A stretch of DNA of 64,000 nt from Somniosus microcephalus (Eukaryota): assembly GCA_052327205.1 (NCBI GenBank), contig CM126228.1, positions 34,348,001 through 34,412,000 on the forward strand, written 5' to 3'. Position numbers and translations under genes: made by a program. Below the pieces are notes generated by a model that had not been told where the DNA came from, did not search any database, and worked only from the letters and a program-made list of their open reading frames with translations. Positions 57,725-64,000 of this stretch are shown here, piece by piece. Each line of letters opens with the position of its first letter. Position 1 is the stretch's first letter.

Positions 57725-60700
57725 CATAGAACCATAGAAGATAGGAGCAGGAGTAGGCCATTCGGCCCCTCGAGCCTGCTCCGCCATTTAATGAGATCAT
57801 GGCTGATCATCCACATTCAGTACCCTGTCCCTGCTTTCTCCCCACATCCCTTTAGCCTTAAGAAATATATCTAACTCCTTCTTGAATATATTTAATGAAT
57901 TGGGCTCAACTGCCTTTTGTGGTAGAGAATTCCACAGGTTCACCACTCTCTGGGTGAAGAAATTCCTCCTCATCTCTGTCCTAAATGGCTTACCCCTTAT
58001 CTTTAAACTGTGACCCCTGGTTCTGGACTCCTCCACCATCGGGAAAATCCTTCCTGCATCTAGTTTGTCTAGTCCTGTTAGAATTTTATAAGTTTCAATG
58101 AGATCCCCTCACATTCTTCTAAACTCCAGCGAATATAAGCCCAATCGACCCAATCTCTCCTCATACGTCATTCCTGCCATCCCAGGTATCAGTCTGGTGA
58201 ATCTTCGCTGCACTCCCTCCATGGCAAGAACATCCTTCCTCAGATAAGACGAACAAAACTGCACACAATACTCAAGGTGTGGTCTCACCAAGACCCTGTA
58301 CAACTGCAGCAAGACATCCTTGCTCCTGTACTCAAATCCTCTCGCTATGAAGGCCAACATACCATTTGCCTTCTTAACCGCCTGCTGCACCTCCATGCTT
58401 ACCTTCAGCGACTGGTGCACAAGGACACCCAGGTCTCGTTGCATTTCCCCTTCTCCCAATCTATTGCCATTCAGATAATAATCTGCCTTCCTGTTTTTGC
58501 CACCAAAGTGGATAACCTCGCATTTATCCACATTATACTGCATCTGCCATGCATCTGCCCAATCAGCCAACCTGTCCAAATCATACTGGAGTTTCTCTGC
58601 ATCCCCCTCACAGCACACACGCCCACCCAGCTTTGTGTTGTCTGCAAACTTGGAGATATTACATCTAGTTCCCTCGTCTAGATCATTAATATATATTGTG
58701 AATAACTGGGGTCCTAGCACCGATCCCTGCGGTACCCCACTAGTCACTGCCTGCCACTCGGAAAAAGACCCGTTTATTCCAACTCTTTGCTTCCTGTCTG
58801 CCAACCAGTTCTCTATCCAAGTCAGTACCTTACCCCCAATCTGATGTGCTTTAACTTTACACGCTAATCTCTTATGCGGGACCTTATCGAAAGCCTTATG
58901 AAAGTCCAAATACACCACATCCACTGGTTCTCCCTTATCTATTCTACCAGTTACATCCTCAAAAAATTCCAGAAAATTAGTCAGCACGATTTACCTTTTG
59001 TAAATCCATGTTGACTTTGTCTGATCCTGTCACTGTTTTCCAAGTGCTCTGCTAATTCGTCTTTTATAATGGACTCTAGCATTTTCCCCACTACTGATGT
59101 CAGGCTTACCGATCTATAATTCCCCGTTTTCTCTCTACCACCTTTTTTAAATAGTGGGGTTACATTAGCTACCCTCCAATCCATGGGAACTATTCCAGAG
59201 TCTATAGAATTTTGGAAGATGACCCGTAATGCACCTACTATTTCTTGGGCCACTTCCTTAAGTACCCTCGGATGTAAATCATCAGGCCCTGGGGATTTAT
59301 TGGCATTCAATCCCGTCATTTCCCTAACACCATTTCCCTACAAATACTGATTTCATTCAGTTCCTCCTTCTCATTAGACCCTATGTTCCCCGACATCTCT
59401 GGACTGTTATTTGTGTCCTCCTTTGTGAAGACAGAACCAAAGTATGTATTTAATTGGTCAGCCATTTCTTTATTCCCCATTATAAATTCCCCATATTCTG
59501 ACTGCAAGGGACCTACGCTTAACTGCACCAATCTTTTTCTCTTCACATATCTATAGAAGCTTTTACAGTCAGTATTTATGTTCACTGCAAGCTTACTCTC
59601 GTACTCTATTTTCCCCCTCTTAATTAATCCCTTTGTCCTCCTTTACTGAATCCTAAACTGCTCCCAATCCTCAATTTTGCTGCTTTTTCTGGCCAATTTA
59701 TATGTCCTCTCCTTGGATCTTATGCTATCCCTAATTTCCCCTGTTAGCCACAGTTGCGCCACCTTTTTTGTTTTATTTTTATGCCAGACAGGGATGAACA
59801 AATTCTGTAGTTCATCCATGCGATCTTTAAATGTTTCCCATTGCCTATCCACCGCCCACCCTTTAAGTAACGTTCCCCAATCCATCCTAGCCAACTCGCA
59901 CCTCATACCAGCATAGTTTCCTTTATTTAAATTCAAGACCCTAGTCTTTGAGTCAACTACTTCACTCTCCATCTTAATGAAGAATTCTATCATATTATGA
60001 TTGCTCCTCCCCAAGGGGCATCGCACAACATTGCTAATCAATCCTTTCTCATTACATAATACCCAGTCTAAGATGGCCTGATCTCTCGTTGGTTCCTCGA
60101 CATATTGGTCCAGGAAACCATCCCGTATACACTCTAGGAATTCCTTCTCCACAGTATTGTTACTAATTTGGTTAGCATAATCTATATGTAAATTAAAGTC
60201 ACCCATGATAACTGCTGTGCCCTTATTGCACGCATCTCTAATTTCCTGTTCAATTCCATCCCCAACCTCAGCATTACTGTTTGGGGGTCTGTATACAACT
60301 CCCACTAAAGTTTTCTGCCCCTTGGTATTTCTCAGCTCTACCCATACAGATTCCACATCATCAGAGCTAATATCCTTCCTTACTATTGTGTTAATCTCCT
60401 CTTTAACCAGCAATGCTACCCCACCTCCTTTTCCTTTTTGCCTGTCCTTCCTGAATATTGAATACCCCTGGATGTTGAATGCCCAGCCTTGGTCACCCTG
60501 GAGCCATGTCTCCGTAATCCCAATTATATCATATCCGTTTACATCTATTTGCGCAGCTAATTCATCCACCTTATTACGAATGTTCCTCGCATTAAGACAC
60601 AAAGCCTTCAGGCTTGTTTTTTTTAACACGCTTAGTCCTTTTAGAATTCTTATTTACTGTGGCCCTGTTTGATTTACACACTTGATTTCTCTGCCTTCCA

Positions 60701-60790
60701 CTTTTGCTTTTCTCCTTCCCGTCTTTTGCTTCTATCCTTGCTTCCCTTTCCTTTGTCTCCCTGCACAGGTTCCCAATCAAATTGGAATTA
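57725..60790 (-). mobile_element. CR1 LINE with whole ORF2 (APE+RT), frameshifted
   Basis: LCLNARNIRNK, IIGITETW, GGGVAL, VYRPP, MGDFN, LDWVL; RT motifs QHGF, KAFDKVPH, GVPQGSVLGP, FADN; CR1 tail at 57725-57810. Confidence 0.95.
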
Positions 60791-60796
60791 ACACTT

Positions 60797-60950
60797 TCCC
60801 CTGGGTCTCTACCCCTGGGTCTTTCCCCCCTGGGTTTCTACCCCTTGGTCTTTCCCCCTGTGACTCTTCCCCCTGGGTCTCTTCCCCCTGGGTCTCCTCC
60901 CCTACGTGTTTTCCCCTGGGTCTCCTCCCCTGGGTCTCCTCCCCTGGGTA
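60797..60950. repeat. Degenerate CCCCTGGGTCT(CT) tandem repeat
   Basis: Repeated CCCTGGGTCT cores with pyrimidine spacers. Confidence 0.7.
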
Positions 60951-60974
60951 GTTTGTTCCAACTAACAACTTCTG

Positions 60975-61163
60975 GTAAAGTGTAGAAAGCAATTATCAAA
61001 GGATACCAGAACTGAGAGGTTATAACTGTCAGGAAAGACTGAATAGGCTGGGGCTATTTTCTCTAGAAAAGAGAAGATTGAGGGGTGATCTGATAGAGTT
61101 CTTTAGAATTATGAAGGTGTTTGATAGGGTAGATGTAGAGAAGATGTTTCCATTGGTGGGCAA
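60975..61163 (+). mobile_element. CR1 fragment that is the Gypsy insertion target
   Basis: GAAAGACTGAATAGGCTGGGGCTATTTTCTCTAGAAAAGAGAAG...ATGTTTCCATTGGTGGG ends abruptly at the LTR edge. Confidence 0.8.
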
Positions 61164-61353
61164 TGTAGTGTCCGCGTGTTGATAAAGACACTGAAGACAG
61201 GAGTTGGTTCATAGGTGTTTACTAAGCAAAGTCTGTTGGGGGGGGGGGGGCGGGGGTTCTAACGGATATACACAATATACAGGCTTATATAGCCCGAGTG
61301 GTCATTACCAGCATTACAGCACACCTGGGGTTCTTAAAGGCACATACACTACA
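61164..61353 (-). mobile_element. 3' LTR of a Gypsy retrotransposon (190 bp)
   Basis: TGTAGTGT...ACACTACA inverted termini; polypurine tract AAAAGGGGAGGAAT (61354-61367) directly precedes it on the minus strand; TATATAA inside. Confidence 0.9.
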
Positions 61354-61445
61354 ATTCCTCCCCTTTTAGCTAACCAGTACATCATATTTTAAGTAATTAT
61401 TAATTATGTTATAAGAAAAATAATATACACATTTGCTGCAGTTAA

Positions 61446-64000
61446 TTAATTATAAGTCAGTCTCTCAGGAGGCTTCCTGACTCGGTCCGGATAACGCCTC
61501 GGTGGTGTAATAGTTTCTGGTGGTGTAGTAGGTTCTTTTGGCAAGGCTGATTCGGCTTGAATGCCAGTGTCGGGTTCATCGGGTTCCAGTATCACCGGAT
61601 CGGAGGTAGATATGGGTATCTCTACTTCATCGTTAGACGTATAGCGTTGTGGTATAGGTTGTCCCTTTTCGGATGACTCTATGATTTGGTCAGCATGGCG
61701 CCTTATTATGCTTTCTCCAATGTCCACGGTATACATCAGTGGTCCTAGTCGTGTGCAGATAGTTCCAGGCTGCCATTTCTCGGTACGGTAGTCCCGGGCC
61801 AAAACTTGTTGACCTATCTGGAAGGTTCTAGTTGGCCTTTCATTCATGCCTTGAAACTGCCGGTTCTCCACGTCCCTTCTGATGTTGGGCTTGACCAAAT
61901 CCAGCCGGCATCTTAGGTTTCTATTGAAGAACATCATGGCGGGAGTTTGGTTGGTAACCATATGTGTTGCATTCCTGTATGCGAACAAGAAGTTATCCAC
62001 CTTGTGCTGAAGTTTTATGTCTTCATTACCCATGGCCTTTATGGGCTTCTTGAAGGTCTGGACAAACCTTTCAGCCAATCCATTGGTGGCGGGATGGTAT
62101 GGGGCGGACGTGTAGTGTTTAACCCCATTGTTTTTTAAGAACTTCCTGAATTCTTAGGACACAAATTGCAGTCCATTATCAGAACAGATCTGTTCCGGCA
62201 GCCCATTCCTGGCAAATATGGTCCTTAATACTGTGATGGTTTTTTCCGTGGTGGTGGAGGACATCTTTACTACCTCTGGCCACTTGGAGTGTGCATCAAC
62301 CGCGATTAAGAACATTGAGTCCATAAATGGACCAGCAAAGTCGATGTGTACCCTTTGCCAGGGAGATGAGGGCCACTCCCATGGATGTAGAGGGGCTTGT
62401 GGTGGAGCGTTTTGGACCTTCTGGCATCCTAGGCAGCTCTTGGTCATTTCTTCGATGTCTCCATCGATACCTGGCCACCATACAAACACCCTGGCTAGGT
62501 TCTTCATTTTCACTCCACCCAGATGCCCCTCGTGAAGCTCCTTTAGCACTTTATCCTGGAGTTTGGGTGGAATCACCACTCTGGATCCACACATCAAGGT
62601 TCCTCGGCACACTGACAGCTGTTCTCTTCTTTGCGAGAATGCTGGCAACAATGGTTCGCCATGTGCTGGCCATCCCTTCACTGTTAAATCGTAGACCCGT
62701 GAAAGAGTCGGGTCATTTCTTGTTTCCCTTTCAATGGCAGAATTTGTTACTGGTAGACATTCCACTATGGTAGAGTGGAACATCTCCATTGGGTCTACTG
62801 TAGGTGCCTCTTCTACCGTTGGCAACGGTAGGCGCGATAAACCATCAGCATTCCCATGCTGTTTTGACCCTTTGTATTCTATGTTGTATTGGTGTGCCCC
62901 TAGAAAAAGGGACCACCTCTGTAGCCTTTGCGCTGTCATAATGGGAGCACCCTTTTTAGGGTTGAATATGGAGATGAGGGGTTGATGGTCAGTCAACAAG
63001 GTAAATTTTTGTCCGTGTAGGTAATGGTTGAATTTCTTTACTCCCCATACCAGGCTGAGTGCTTCCCTGTCGATTTGGGCATAATTACGCTCAGCTGAGT
63101 TTAATGAGCGTGACGCAAAAGTTATCGGCCGTTCCGAGCCATCAGGGAATTTATGCGATAATACTGCTCCTATGCCGTAAGGGGATGCATCGCACGCCAG
63201 TCTGATTGGCAGTGATGGGTTGTAATGAGCCAAAACTTCTTTGGATGTGATTAAATCTTTGCATTTATGGAAGGCATGTTTGCAGTCTTCGTTCCATTTC
63301 CAAATTACTCCTGTTTGTAGCAGTTCATTAAGAGGGTGTAGAAGAGTTGATAAGTTCGGTAAAAATTTATGATAGTAATTTATTAATCCCAGGAACGACC
63401 TTAATTGTGAAACATTTTCAGGTGCTGGGGCTTTTATGACCACTTCAATTTTTTCAGGTGACTTATGCAACCCTTCCTTATTAATTATGTGGCCACAATA
63501 TGATATTTGATTTCGGAAAAATTCGCACTTGGGGCGATTTGCTCGTAGGCCCCGTTCTCTCAGCCTAGTGAGCACCTGCTCTAAATTGGCAAGGTGCTCG
63601 TTGTCGTTTTCTCCTGTTACAAGGATGTCGTCTAGGTAGCATTGAGTCCCCGGAATCCCTTGGAGGACTTGCTCCATAGCTCTTTGCCAGATAGCTGGAG
63701 CGGATGCTACTCCGAAAACCAGTCGATTGTACTGGTACAGACCTTTGTGTGTATTTATCGTGAGATATTTTTTAGAGGCCTCTTCAACCTCCATCTGTAG
63801 ATATGCCTGTGCCAAGTCAATTTTGGTGAAACGTTTCCCTCCAGATAGTGAGGCGAAAATATCTTCTATCCTCGGAAGAGGATACTGTACCATGTGAAGG
63901 ACCGGGTTTACAGTCACCTTGAAGTCTCCACAGATGCGAATTTTTCTCTGCTCTTCAGATTTATCATTCTTCAATGCTTTCTTCATGACTGGGATGATGG
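61446..64000 (-). mobile_element. Ty3/Gypsy (Mag-like) pol: RT, RNase H and integrase, with one in-frame stop; runs off the window
   Basis: RICGDFK, YPLPRIE, YLDDIL, ACDAS, LTDH, NADGLSR, HEGH..C..C, RVHIDFAG, SDNG, SAPYHPATNGLAER. ORFs 62154-63986 and 61446-62078 share a frame, separated only by TAA at 62154-62156. Confidence 0.95.

Noticed and set aside
60797-60950. CRISPR-like repeat-spacer array
   Set aside because: Eukaryotic context, short degenerate units without unique spacers, and no cas genes.

Overview
Vertebrate, most likely cartilaginous-fish (shark) genomic DNA, inferred from HE1/V-SINE-like and SacSINE1/DeuSINE-like repeats and abundant CR1. The only host coding sequence I can support is the first coding exon of a RASEF (RAB45)-family EF-hand/Rab gene on the minus strand (42303-42631, phase-2 donor). 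Positions 1-42302 therefore look like a very large first intron, since no exon 2 was recognised, and 42.7-64 kb is upstream sequence. Nearly everything else is transposon-derived: CR1, L2, Rex1/Babar, RTE, RTE-X, Penelope elements carrying minimal hammerhead ribozymes, Harbinger-type MITEs, three SINE families, a nearly intact Gypsy pol with its 3' LTR, and a ~9.4 kb G/A-rich satellite with N-gaps abutting exon 1. The most interesting observation is a LINE at 25229-28326. It has a tRNA-Thr(AGT)-derived Pol III head fused almost directly to an endonuclease-RT ORF, no ORF1, no in-frame AUG before the endonuclease, and no TTTT run that I could find in 3.1 kb of sense strand. It also has head+tail SINE-like deletion derivatives in the window. 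This makes it a candidate Pol III-transcribed protein-coding retrotransposon. Repeat family names come from recalled motifs, not database searches, and boundaries of old fragments are approximate.
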